Assembly: GCA_964016885.1 (NCBI GenBank)
Contig: OZ024757.1
Span: 11,718,001 to 11,782,000, forward strand
Origin: Eledone cirrhosa
Taxonomy: Eukaryota
Direction of reading: 5' to 3'
DNA length: 64,000 bases
Below are positions 29,896 to 42,804 of the stretch, one piece after another. The notes below the pieces were generated by a model. That model ran no database searches and was not told the DNA's origin. It saw only the letters and a list, made by a program, of their open reading frames with translations. The position numbers and the translations under genes were made by a program. Position 1 is the first letter of the stretch. Every line of letters starts with the position of its first letter.

Positions 29896-30151
29896 AAAAG
29901 AGTCAGCAGTATGTCAACAGGGATCAGGTCAGCCACCTTAGATAGAGTAATGAGTACTGTGGTGATGGTGGGGAATGAGTGTAGACGTTATTGTTATTGT
30001 GGTGGCGGGGGGTCAGTGAGATGTACAAGTTCATAGATGACTTGTCTGTTTTCCTCTCTCTTCAAGATTTTGAATTTATGGCCTTTTGCAATGGCGGACA
30101 AGTATATATAATATATATATATGAAGCAAAGAAAAGAAAATTTCAATGATA

Positions 30152-30460
30152 TGAAAGATTTCCTGGTAAAAGTTCAGGTGTATTCAGTGTTGGTATCCAG
30201 TTTCGGGGTATCCAATTAGAAAATCCAACGAATTTTTGAGAGGGGTCCACGCAAGCATTGATATATATATATGTATATATGTAAAATGTAAGCAGAAATA
30301 ACAACGAAAGATTTCCTGGTAGAAGTTCAGGTGTATTCAGTGTTGGTATCCAGTTTCGGGGTATCCAAGTAGAAAATCCAGCGAATTTTTTTGAGAGGGG
30401 TCCACGCATGCATAGATATACATATATGTATATGTAAAATGTAAGCAGAAATAACAACAC
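30152..30460 (+). repeat. Two-copy direct tandem repeat, ~154-bp unit
   Basis: gaaagatttcctggta...gtaagcagaaataacaac starts at 30152 and again at 30306. Confidence 0.85.
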
Positions 30461-30688
30461 ATATACTAATGAACATACATTAAACACACAGGGACTGTAA
30501 ATGATAATAGCAATATGATATAAATATAAATGTACATATCTCTATTGGTCTCATAATTTTTCTCTTTCCCCTTGTGTGTAGCAACTCGTGGTTGTGTATT
30601 GCGTGTTGCTGCTGACTCTAGCAGAGCCCAAGAAAACACGTCTTGCCCTAACAGCCGCTGCTCCCTATATATATATATATATATATGT

Positions 30689-30748
<60 letters not shown>

Positions 30749-31175
30749 TACATGAATCAAGGTTCTGTTTAAACCATTTATTCGCTTACAATTGTTTCTT
30801 CCAAACCGTGGTTTGGAGTTTTCGGAGCAATTTTTCAATGATTGTTTACATACTTGACCTCCTTTCCAACACAAGAGACATACAGAAACATATGTTTATA
30901 TTGATGCACAGTGGGTTGACATCCATTATAATATTTAAGCATGGCAATTTACGTTCAAAGATTAAAGTCATATTAAAAGAAAACAAAATAGAAGTTAAAA
31001 TACAACATTGGCAGTTTACGAAGAAAATGCAGGAGGATAGTTAGAAGTAGTTAGTGTATGCAATAGTTACACATGGGGCATGCATGTGTGTCTTATTTAT
31101 ATAAGATTATAGTGCAGCAGGGTGTTATATGTAATACAAGCACTTTAAGCGGGCAATGTTGATTGCCCACTTAAA

Positions 31176-34100
31176 ATGCTTATATGCTATATTTAATGCT
31201 ATATTTAATAAAGAAATGGCTTCTAAAGGAGTAAAATTAATATAATTTGAGGAAATAGTAGTATATATGCCATATTTAATAGAGAAATGTCTTCTAAAGG
31301 ACTAGAACACTTTAATTTAAAGGGTATTAATAGATTATATGCTATACTCAATACGGAAATGGCTTCTAAAGGACTAAAGCTCATTAATTTGAGGGAAATA
31401 GTAGTGTATGTGCAATATTTAATACATAAATGGCTTCTAAAGGAATAGAACTCTTCGATTCGAAGGAAATAGTATTTTATATGCAACATTTAATATAGAA
31501 ATGGTTTCTAAAGGGCTAAATCTCATTAATTTGAAGGAAATAGTACATTATATGCAATATTTAATACAGAAATGGCTTCTACAGGACGAAAAAACTCATT
31601 AATTCAAAAGATATTAGTAGATTATATGCCATATTTAATACAGAAATGGCTTCTAAAAGACTAGAACTCCTCAATTAAAAGGAAATAGTAGTATATATGC
31701 CAAATTTAATACAGAAATGGCTGTCAAGAGACTAGAACGAATATATTTGTATATGTGCAATATTTAATTCAGAAAAGTCTAGAAAAGGACTAGAAAAGGA
31801 CTAGAAATTTTAATTCAAAGGAAATAGTACATTATATGCCATATTTAATATGGAAATGGCTTCTTGAGGACAAGAACTTTTTAATTTGTTGTAAATAGTA
31901 GTATGAAAGCAATATTTAATACAGAAATGGCTTCTACAGAACTAAATTTTTTTAATTTGAAGAGTATTAATAGATTATATGCAATATTTAATTCATAAAT
32001 AGCTTTACAGTGCTACAACTCATTAATTTGAACGAAATAGTAGTGTCTATGCAATATTTAATACAGAAATAGCTTCTACAGGGCTGAAACTCATTAATTT
32101 GAAGGGTATTTCTAGATTTTATGCAATATTTAATACAGAAATGGCTTCTACAGGGCTAAAACTCATTAATTTGAAGGGTATTACTAGATTTTATGCAATA
32201 TTTAATACAGAAATGGATTCTACAGGGCTGAAACTCATTAATTTGAAGGGTATTACTAGATTTTATGCTATATTTAATACAGAAATGGCTTCTAAATTAC
32301 TAGAACTCTTCAATTCGAAGGAAATATAGATCATATGTCACATGTAATAAGCAAATTGTCTCTAAAGGAGTAAAGCTCATAAATTCGAGGGAAATAGTAG
32401 TGTATGTGCAATATTTACTTCGAATTAATGAGTTCTCGCCCTGTGGAATTTATTTACGTATTAAATATTGCATATAATCTATTAATATCCTTCAAATTAA
32501 AGAGTTCTAGTGCTTCAGAAGACATTACATATATACTACTATTTCATGCAAATATATTAGTTCTAGTCCTTTGACAGCCATTTCTGTATTATATATTGCA
32601 TATACTGTAATATTTCCTTAAAATTAAAGAGTTCTAGTGCTTTAGAAGCCATTTCTGTATTAAATATTGTGTATACTCTACTATTTCCTTCGAATTACCG
32701 GTTTCTAAATCTTTGGAAGCTATTTCCGTATTAAATATTACATATATATTTCTATTTCCTCCAAATATATTAGTTGTCATCCTGTAGAAGACGTTTCTGT
32801 ATTAAACATTGCATATATACTACTATTCCCTTCGAATTAATGAGTTCTAGCCCTATGGAAGCTATTTACATATTAAATATTGCATACATATTACTATTTA
32901 CTACGAATTAATGAGTTCTTGTCTTTAAGAAGCCATTTCCATATTTAATATAGCATATAATGTACTATTTTATTTGAATTAAAATTTCTAGTCCTTTAGA
33001 AGCCTGTATTAAATATTAAACAAAAATTACTATTTCCCTCGAATGAATGAGATTTAATCCTTTAGAAGTCATTTTCGTATTAAATATGGCATATAATCTA
33101 CAAATACCCTTCAAGTTAAAGAGTTCTACTGCTTTATAAGCTATTTCTTTATTAAATATGACATGTATACTACTATTTCCCCCATTTATATTAGTTTTAC
33201 TCCATTGGAAGCTATTTCTTTATTAAATATTGCATATACTCTAATATTTCCTTCAAATTGAAGAGGCTTAGTCATTTACAGACCATTTCCGTATTAAATA
33301 TTGCATATAATCTAATAATACCGTTCAAATTAATGAGTTTCAGCCCCGTAGAAGCCATTTCTGTATTAAATATTGCATATACACTATCATTTCATTTCAA
33401 TTAATGAGTTCTAGCCCTGTAGAAACTATTTCTGTATTAAATTATACTACTATTTCCTACAAATATATTAGTTCTAGTCCTTTGACAGCCATTACTGTAT
33501 TAAATATTGCATATGCACTACTATTTTGTTTGATTTAATGAGTTCTAGCCCTGTAGAAGCTATTTATGTATTAAATATTGCATATAATCTACTAATAGTC
33601 TTCAAATTAAAGAGCTTTAGTCCTGTAGAAGCCATTTCTGTATTAAATATTGCATACATACTACTATTTACTACGAATTAAAAAGTTATTGTCCTTAAGA
33701 AGCCATTTCCATATTAAATATGGCATATAATGTACTATTTCCTTCAAATTAAAAGTTCTAGTCATTTAGAAGCCATTTCTGTATTAAATATGGCATATCA
33801 TCTACTAATATCATTTGAATTAATGAGTTTTCGTCCTGTACAAGCCATTTCTGTATAAAATATGGCATATATACTAATATTTCTCCTTTGAATCACAGAT
33901 TTCTAGTCCTTTAGAAGCCATTTCTGTATTAAATATTGCATATAATATACTATTTCCTTCGAATTAATGAGTTTTAGTCCTTTAGAAGCCATTTCTAAAA
34001 TTAAATGTTGCATATACTGTAGTATTTCCTTCAAATCGAAGAGTTCTAGTCCTTTAGAAGCTTTTTCTGTATTAAATATTACACATATACTACTATTTAC

Positions 34101-34328
34101 TCCAAATAAATTTGTTCTAGTCCTTTGACAGCCATTTCTGTATTAAATATTGCACATACTCTACTATTTCCTTTGAATTATTGAGCTTTACTCCTTTAGA
34201 AGCCATTACATGTGGCATATAATCTGCTATTTCCTTCAAATTGAAGAGTTCTAGTCCTTTAGAGGACATTTCTGTATTAAATGTAGCATATAATCTACTA
34301 ATACCTTTCAAATTAATGAGTTTCAGTG
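31176..34328. repeat. 71/72-bp satellite array (~44 units), orientation flips at ~32418
   Basis: The unit is approximately aatatttaatacagaaatggcttctaaaggactagaactcattaatttgaagggtattagtagattatatgc. Periods of 72 (32101 to 32173) and 71 (31501 to 31572) were counted. Confidence 0.95.
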
Positions 34329-34353
34329 ACCTGGAACTAAGTAAAAAAAATTC

Positions 34354-34558
34354 TATTTAGGAAACCGAATGATTCTCGGCTTCAGAGTGTACGTGCCTGT
34401 ATTTGCATACCCATGGCGGGCGTTTCCACGTATGCATGTGTATGTACGTATATGGAGGCGTGCAGCTATATATTTAACTATTGTTGATTTCAATAACCTC
34501 TGTAATTTATTTACATATTCTTAATTCTGAAGCTGAGAATCATTCGGTTTCCTAAATA
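34354..34558. repeat. 33-bp inverted repeats enclosing ~140 bp (MITE-like); second copy at 48882-49087
   Basis: tatttaggaaaccgaatgattctcggcttcaga ... tctgaagctgagaatcattcggtttcctaaata. Confidence 0.6.
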
Positions 34559-35329
34559 TAATTTTCCTCTATGACTTCAGTTATACCATAAACGTGGTTT
34601 TGTCTTTGCATGTAATTGTTTTCACTGCTCCAAATAATGATGTATTATCTTCGTTTTTATCCGTTCTTTGCCAGGGAACGTCTCAACAAACCAAAATATC
34701 GTCTTCTTGTCTTCCTTCTGTTGCAATGTTTTTCGAAATATTTACTTCTGCGTTCACAGATTGATTTTTTTAGTTTCAGAAGATCGCGTTAGGGTGAAAG
34801 CAGTTATTCTTTGCTTAAACTTAATCTGTTATTTTAATAAATATTTTCTCTACGGTTCTTATATATTTGATATATATTTATCCTTACCGAGCCCTCTTTG
34901 GATTTTAGTCTTCAAATTTATTATTATTGCTATATATATATCATCATCATCATCATCAGGTCGAGCTTGCTCTCCTTTTTAGCTTTCAATAGCTGGATAT
35001 ACACTTGCGGTCGCTACTCCATGCAAGTGAAAGCAGTACTCTGTGTTAGAGCGGTTCTGCTTCACCGAAACATCCAAACAATAGTTGATATGATCGCCTT
35101 GCCACTAGTAGTATGAACCAAATTCACAGTTACTTGATCATTGCTTTATCTACTGATCCGACATCCTTCTTACCAATGTCGTCGTTTAACCCAGTCAGGA
35201 TTGGTTTGACAGATTGCCTATCAAGGCCAAAGAGCTCTGTCTGCCCTGGCTTTGAAATCAGAATGGTTCCTCTCCTAAAAGATTGCCGACCAAGGCTACC
35301 AAATATACACTATATACTCATTTACACTA

Positions 35330-35506
35330 TTTTTGGATGGCGTTGACTCTTATTAGTTCTTCCGCCCTTTGTCAGGTTTTGTTTTTGTCCTGCAGGATGT
35401 CCAAAATCACCCTCCTCACCAAGTAAACTTGATGGGGTTGCCAGCTTAGTCACCGACGACCCGACCATGTGATATGTTGTACTGGGTTACATGTTATCAG
35501 TAGCAC
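35330..35506 (-). mobile_element. 3' end of a CR1-group LINE related to 17213-17390; also at ~49858-50037
   Basis: ggggttgccagcttagtc..cgacccgaccatg...tgtactg..tacatgtta.cagtagcac is shared with 17313-17385. Confidence 0.65.
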
Positions 35507-35812
35507 TTGAGAGTGGTATGTTTATATTTTGGTATGTTTATATACATTTTTTCTTCTAACTTTGATTTTATACCGAATTGTGTATGGTTGACGATATATT
35601 TAATCGATTCCCACGTGCTGTTGGAAATGCTGGGTAAATATTCTATGGCTGTTTATCTATTATTTCTTCATAGGTGTCTTTTAATCTTATAGCCTGGTTT
35701 AATTGGTTTTTTGTGTGGTTAATTATCCTGATTGGGAGAGGAAATGGTGTATATATTTTATCAAATGTTTCTATGGACATACTGTATTATATATATATAT
35801 TTATATATTTTT

Positions 35813-36189
35813 GGAGGCACATGGTTTAGTGGTTAGAGCATTGGCCTTGCAATCGGTTGTGAGTTCAATTCTCAGACTTTATGTGTTGTTTCCTTGAGCA
35901 AAATGCTTTATTTCACATTGCTCCAATTTACTCAGCTGTAGAAATGAGATCATAGGGATGGGGTCCCTATCATTCCACAGTAAAGTGCTCATGGAGGTAC
36001 TACGGCAAAACAAAGCACCCAGCCCACACTGTAAAGTGGACGTGTAGGTGCCATGGAAAAAAAGCACCCAGCACTTACTGTAAATGAGGTTGGTGTTAGG
36101 AAGGGCATCCAGCTGTAGAAATCAAGCCAGAATCATTTCCCGTCCCACTCTTGCAAAGGGAAAAGCGGACGTAAAATGATAATGATGAT
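35813..36189 (+). mobile_element. tRNA-derived SINE family S1 with RTE-derived tail; other copies at 37757-38094(-), 50372-50766(+), 56280-56676(+), 58229-58574(-)
   Basis: The head ggaggcacatggtttagtggttagagc...gagttcaatt is A/B-box-like. The tail matches the RTE ends and finishes in (GAT)n. Confidence 0.8.
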
Positions 36190-36500
36190 TTATATTTATA
36201 TAAAGTTTTTTCGATTTTTAGATAATCTGTGGTCGTGAGTTCAATTTTCACCTCGGATTTTCAGAGGTTAAAATAATTTTAAAGTTATTTTTTATTTGTT
36301 CTAACTTTAGTTGCTCAATCGACCAGGGCCATGCTGGGACAACACATCCAATATATTATTTTGTTAATATCGGCACCAGTATATTAAAGGATTTCTACTT
36401 TATACTAGTTTTACAAGACTCGGATTGTTTTTATATTATAGGGGAACATAAACATATTTTAGGTTGAGGAGGGGTATGGTGGAGAAAAGGTTGGGAACAA

Positions 36501-36565
<65 letters not shown>

Positions 36566-37344
36566 TTGTGTGTATATATATATATATACATAACATATAT
36601 ATAGATATATAATATATATGCGTGTGTGAGCGCACACGTGTATATATATATATATATACACACAAACATATCCATAAATATATATATATACGTGTGTGTC
36701 CTTTCTGCACCATGCCCCTCCTCAATCTAAAATATGTTTATGTTCCTCCAAAATATAAAAAAACTTCTCATAGGTGCTGCCAGATACACGATAACATGTG
36801 TAGACGAAGTGTAACAGGTAGTTGGGTCGATTTTTGCGATTAAGTAAGACAAGAGTTACCTTTCTTGGCAAAAACACCCTGGTTTGTTTACATTAAATTT
36901 TCTAGTTTAAGATATTTTCACTGATTTTAAGCCAAAGTTTTTTAATGGCTGCCACTTCCGGTTTGTGTTGTGCCTCTACAGGACAGCAGTAAACCTGCTA
37001 GAAATAGCAGTCATAGCAACACACTCACATATATTTATATATCAGGGATTCCCAACGAGGGTGCACGCCCCACTGGGGTTAATTTGAATATAATAGGGAT
37101 CAATTTGAAAGTGATATAATACGTTTGTTTTGACCATCGCTGCATCTTAGCTTTGTTTAATTAAAGGATCTCTACTTTATATTACAGTAATAACACTTTT
37201 ACAAGGTTCTGTTTTTTTTATATTAAAGGGGGACATAAACATATTTTAAATGTTGATATATATTTATTTATTTATGTCCTTCTTTCTGCTGTTTACTAAA
37301 CTCTAAACTCAGCATTTTTCTGTTGTTCTCTGGGATTCTAGGAT

Positions 37345-37529
37345 ATATAGTATGAATGAGATTCTACAGGACCAGAACTGTTTCATTTTTGAGAAATCAT
37401 GAGGACTTTCTCAAGAATGAAACAGTTCTAGTCCTGTAGAATCTCATCTATACTAAAACTTTTATACTCTGCTATGTATTGAGTACCTTACTTACTGTGG
37501 TTACCTCCGATTCAACCCGGAATAACTCA

Positions 37530-37531
<2 letters not shown>
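37345..37531. mobile_element. Hairpin relic of a family B-related pseudo-LTR with mutated hammerhead core; second copy at 57866-58050
   Basis: The right arm matches 3811-3925. The left arm is its reverse complement, with the core changed to CTCATGA or CTTATGA. Confidence 0.7.
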
Positions 37532-37566
<35 letters not shown>

Positions 37567-38439
37567 CTGTGTATATATATATATACATATATATATATGG
37601 CAGCCACTTGGCACAGACTCGAAAACGTCGCCACTAATCTTGATCGTTGAGGTTATAATTAAACTAAACTGCTTCCACTGGGCATCATAAGCTGATCGTG
37701 ATCGTTGGAGACTGCTTTCTGCGCTGAACCTAAGATTAAAAGTTATATATATATATCATCATCATTTCATTTTACGTCTGCTTTTTCCCTGCTTGCAAGG
37801 GTTGGACGGGAACTGATTCTGGCTTGATTTCTACAGCTGGATGCCCTTCCTAATACCAACCTCATTTACTGTGTGGGATGGGCGTTTTTTCTGCCGTGGC
37901 ACCTCCACGACCACCTTGCAGTGGAATGATGTGGACGCCAGTCCTTATCATCTCATTTCTACAGCTGAGTAAACTGGAGCAATGTGAGATAAAGTGTCTT
38001 GCTCAAAGAAACAACACATCACCCGGTCTGATAATTGAACTCACAACCTTTTGATTGCAAGGCCAATGTTCTAACCACTAAGCCATGTGCCTCCATATGT
38101 ATAATAAAATAAATATGGTTTTATAAATATAGTTTCCATTTATTAATATATTGTGTATTTACTCCACTAAATTGTTGAGTGCTTTATATCAGTTATAAAA
38201 AAAATTAAGCTTGTTAAATCCCAAAATAGTCATTGAAACAGCCACAGCTCAGCCGTCGGGGTCCTGAATATTTTCATATATATATATACGTATGAGTGTG
38301 TGTGTTTTGAGAATTAATAATTATATAAACAAGTTTGTAATGAACAATTTATTTATTATCTAAACTGTATAAACATGATATTATTTACAGTAAGAATAAC
38401 AATAATAATGATGGTTTCTAGTAAAGGTGGAAGGCCAGT

Positions 38440-39012
38440 CATTTGGGGGAGGGGAAAGTTGATTAAATCGAAGAGAGAAAGAAAGAAGAAACAGAACGTG
38501 AAGGAGAGTGGATAGCAAGAGGTCCGGTGTTGTAGAAGAGTGGGAAGGGCGGTTGAGCTTTGGGTCTAGGGCAAGAGAGCAGAAGTACTGCGCCCCACGG
38601 ATAAGATGGCAAAAGTATTCTCGCGGACGATGGCCAGAAATACCCAATGCAACAACCACTCAACCTCGCAGGGTTCCCTCCTCAGACGGGCTGCTGACAC
38701 TCCTGGGGTCTCGACGTTGACTGGTGCAGAGAGGAGGCGGCCGGAAAATCCTCGGTATTTGTTTATTTTACGTTCTTCTGGAAGGCGGGCTGCTATGCCG
38801 GGGTTTGTGGCCTAAACGACTTGGAAACGAAGTTGGAGGCGGAGATTGTGTCGTAGCTGTTGGTGTCCCAGATGAGGGACCTACCTCCTTCGAATGGGAA
38901 GAGACTGATTCCGTCGGGGCGCTTGCCATCTCCAGGGCCTGTTGGGCCCAGTTGTGATGGGAAGCCAGCTGCGTCCAGGCTTCTTCTCAATATGTCGTTG
39001 AGAACGGCGTGT
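38440..39012 (-). mobile_element. 3' fragment of a CRE-like (restriction-like endonuclease) non-LTR retrotransposon; copies at 55320-55930(+) and 58920-59532(-)
   Basis: [43 protein letters not shown]...EERKINKY...PVNVETPG..G...LAIVR.N fits the RH..RPD..D..K-KY pattern of CRE-clade C-termini. Confidence 0.75.
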
Positions 39013-39549
39013 GTCTATTCAGTAATTATTTAAATATTGAAATTTTAGGTTTAACTACCTTTTAAACCAAATACATTAAGAAAGGCATAACCAACACCAC
39101 ATCATTATTATTTCTATTTTGAAAGTAGGTTTATAAGTATTAAATTTCAGTAGATTCTTATAGCCTTCATGGTGGTCTGGTGGGAGATACGAGAGATGGT
39201 GGAGGTTCTGGTCTGGGGTTCAATCCTGCTCAGGAGATACTCTAAGGGGTTCATACTAAACTTCTTCAGTGTTTCTTATCTCTAGAGACAAATATATATA
39301 CATAAGGTAATCTGGTAAAGTTGTTAGAACATCACATAGAATTCTTTGTACTATTTTTTCCAGTTCTTTAATCTGAGTTCAACTTTACTTTTCTTCCATT
39401 CGGAGTTGATAATAAAGTACCAGTCAAATACTAGGGGTTAATTCTTCATCTATATTTCTTTCTCAATCTCTGTCTGTTTTATTAAGACCTGGAGAGGAGA
39501 TGTACTCTGCCAGGTTTTATAATGAGTTATGGGGTCATACCTGCCTGCT

Positions 39550-40770
39550 ACACCACTGTGTACTAAGTGTAGATTTGGATATCCTTGTTCAGGGCGTTCC
39601 TAATATTACTGTGTACTAAGTGTAGCATATTTGAACCTTGTTCAGAGCATTCCTAACATTACGGTGTACTAAGTGTAGATTTGGATATCCTTGTACTGGG
39701 CCTTCCTAAAATTACTGTGTTCTGAGTGTAGATTTTAACATCCTTGTTCAGGGCCTTCCTAACACCACTGTGTTGTAAGTGTAGATTTTTATATCCTTGT
39801 TCAGGGCCTTCCTAACATTACACTGTACCAAGTGTAGATTTGGATATCCCTGTTCAGGGCCTTCCTAACATTACTGTGTACTAAGTGTAGCATTTTATAT
39901 ACTTGGTCAGGGCATTCCTAACATTACTGTGTACTAAGTGTAGATTTGGATATCCTTGTACTGGGCCTTCCTAAAATTACTGTGTACTGAGTTTAGATTT
40001 TAACATCCTTGTTGAGGGCCTTCCTAACATTACTGTGTACCAAGTGGAGATTTGGATATCCTTGTTCAGGGCCTTCCTATCATTACTGTGTACTGAGTTT
40101 AGATTTGGATATCCTTGTTCAGGGCCTTCCTAACACCACTCTGCTGTAAGTGTAGCATTTTATATCCTTGTTCAGGGCCTCCTATCACCACGTTGTACTA
40201 AGTGTAGCGTTTTACAACCTTGTTCAGGGCCTTCTTAACATTACTGTGTACTAAGTGTAGCATAGTATATCCTTGTTCAGAACCTTCCTAACATTACTGT
40301 GTATTAAGTGTTGCATTTTATATACTTGTTCTGGGCCATCCTAACGTTACTGTGTACTGGGAGTAGATTTTAATATCCTTGTTCTTGGCCTTCCTAACAC
40401 CACTGTGTTGTAAATATAGATGTTGATATCCTTGTTCAGGGCCTTCCTACCATTACTGTGTATTAAGTGTAGATTTGGATATACTAGTTCAGGGCCTTCC
40501 TAACATTACTGTGTACTGAGTGTAGCATTTGATATCCTTGTTCAGGGCCTTCCTAACATTACTGTGTACTAAGTGAAGATTTTGATATCCTTGTTCTGGC
40601 CTTCCTAATACCACTGTGTTCTAAGTGTAGATTTTGATATCCTTGTTCAGGGCCTTCCTAACATTACTGTGTATTAAGTGTAGCTTTTAACATCATCCAT
40701 GTTCAGGGCCTTCCTCACACCACTATGTATTAAGTGTAGCTTTAACTTTCTTGTTCAGGGCCTTCATAAT
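39550..40770 (+). repeat. 53-bp satellite array (~23 units)
   Basis: The unit is ccttgttcagggccttcctaacattactgtgtactaagtgtagatttggatat. Confidence 0.95.
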
Positions 40771-40939
40771 ACCAGACTAGGTAATGTGTATATGATATGG
40801 TTGCATAAGTATGTCCTTTAGGTTCTGTAATGGACCCTAGTTGGCCTTCATGGTAGCACCAGCCCTTTATAAAACTGTGATACCTTAAAGTTCAGTATTG
40901 TACCAATCTGATGCCTGTACTCTAGCTGGTTGTTTGTCT

Positions 40940-42800
40940 CTCTGTACCCTAGGTGACCTTATGTCTCCCTGAGGTATGTAACCTAGGTCGCGCTGTATCT
41001 CTCTAAGATATGTACCCTAGGTGGCTCTGTGTCTCTCTGAGGTCTGTACCCTAGGTGGCTCTGTGTCTCTCTAAGATCTGTACCTTAGGTGGCTCTGTGT
41101 CTCTCTGAGATCTGTACCCTAGGTGGCTCTGTGTCTCTCTGAGGTCTGTACCCTCGGTGGCTCTGTGTCTCTCTGAGGTCTGTAGCCTAGGTGGCTCTGT
41201 GTCCGTCTGAGGTCTGTACCCTAGGTGGCTCTGTGTCTCTCTGAGCTCTGTACCCTAGGTGGATGTGTGTCTGTCTAAGATCTGTACCTTAGGTGACTCT
41301 GTGTCTCTCTAAGATCTGTACCCTAGGTGGCTCTGTGTCTCTCTGAGGTCTGTACCCTAGGTGGCTCTGTGTCTGTCTAAGATCTGTACCCTAGGTGGCT
41401 CTGTGTCTCTCTGAGGTCTGTACCCTAGGTGGCTCTGTGTCTCTCTGAGGTCTGTACCCTAGGTGGCTCTGTGTCTGTCTGAGGTCTGTACCCTAGGTGG
41501 ATCTGTGTCTCTCTAAGATCTGTACCCTAGGTGGCTCTGTGTCTCTCTGAGGTTTGTACCTTAGGTGGTTCTATGTCTCCCTGAGATTTGTACCCTAGAT
41601 GACTCGGTGTCTCTCTGATGACTGTACCCTAGGTGGCTCTGTGTCTGTCTGAGGTCTGTACTCTAGGTGACTCTGTGTCTCTCTCTAAGATCTGTACCCT
41701 AGATGACTGGGTGTCTCCGTGAGGTCTGTACCCTACGTAGTCCTATGTCTCCCTGAGGTCTGTACCCTAGGTGGCTCTGTGTCTCTCTAAGATCTGTACC
41801 CTTCGGGGCTCTGTGTCTGTCTGAGGTCTGTAGTCTAGGTGGCTCTGTGTCTCTCTAAGGTCTGTACCCTAGGTGGCTCTGTGTCTCTCTGAGCTCTGTA
41901 CCCTAGGTGGCTCTGTGTCTGTCTAAGATCTGTACCTTAGGTGACTCTGTGTCTCTCTAAGATATGTACCCTAGGTGGCTCTGTGTCTGTCTGAGGTCTG
42001 TACCCTAGGTGGCTCTGTGTCTCTCTGAGGTATGTACCCTAGATTGCTCTGTGTCTCTCTGAGGTCTGTACCCTAGGTGGCCCTATGTCTCCCCGAGGTC
42101 TGTACCCTAGGTGGCTCTGTGTCTCTCTGAGGTTTGTACACTAGGTGGCTCTGTGTCTCTCTGAGGTCTGTACCCTAGGTGGCTCTGTGTCTGTCTGAGG
42201 TCTGTACCCTAGGTGGCTCTGTGTCTGTCTGAGGTCTGTACCCTAGGTGGCTCTGTGTCTGTCTGAGGTCTGTACCCTAGGTGGCTCTGTGTCTCTCTAA
42301 GATCTGTACCCTAGGTGGCTCTGTGTCTCTCTGAGGTTTGTACCTTAGGTGGTCCTATGTCTCCCTGAGGTTTGTACCCTAGATGACTCGGTGTCTCTCT
42401 GATGACTGTACCCTAGGTGGCTCTGTGTCTCTCTGAGGTCTGTACCCTAGGTGACTCTGTGTCTCTCTCTAAGATCTGTACCCTAGATGACTGGGTGTCT
42501 CTCTGACGTCTGTACACTAGGTGGTCCTATGTCTCTCTGAGGTCTGTACCCTAGATCACTCGGTGTCACTCTAAGGTCTGTACCCTAGGTGGCTCTGTGT
42601 CTCTCTGAGGTCTGTACCCTAGGTGGCTCTGTGTCTCTCTGAGCTCTGTACCCTAGGTGGTCCTATGGCTCTCTGAGATCTGTACCCTAGGTGGCTCTGT
42701 GTCTCTCTGAGGTATGTACCCTAGGTGACTCTGTGTCTCTCTGAGGTCTGTACCCTAGGTGGCTCTGTGTCTCTCTTAGGTCTGTACCCTAGGTAGCTGT
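40940..42800 (+). repeat. 34-bp minisatellite array (~54 units)
   Basis: The unit is ctgtaccctaggtggctctgtgtctctctgaggt, with a period of 34 (41044 to 41078). Confidence 0.95.
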
Positions 42801-42804
42801 ATAT

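Noticed and set aside
29210-30036. Cys-, Val- or Thr-rich ORFs resembling metallothionein or mucin
   Set aside because: They arise from (GTT/GCT)n and (CA)n simple repeats that are open in several frames on both strands.
32099-32329. Opposite-strand 24-aa repeat ORF (KGITRFYAIFNTEMASTGLKLINL) as a real gene
   Set aside because: It spans only about three 72-bp satellite units and has no start or splice context. It is the antisense of the LRR-like frame.
35813-35880. tRNA genes at the SINE heads (also 8150-8217 and 63581-63670)
   Set aside because: A/B-box-like motifs are present but there is no complete cloverleaf. They continue into SINE bodies with tails or TSDs.
39550-42800. CRISPR-like appearance of the regular 34- and 53-bp repeats
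   Set aside because: The units are head-to-tail with no unique spacers, no cas genes are present, and the context is eukaryotic.
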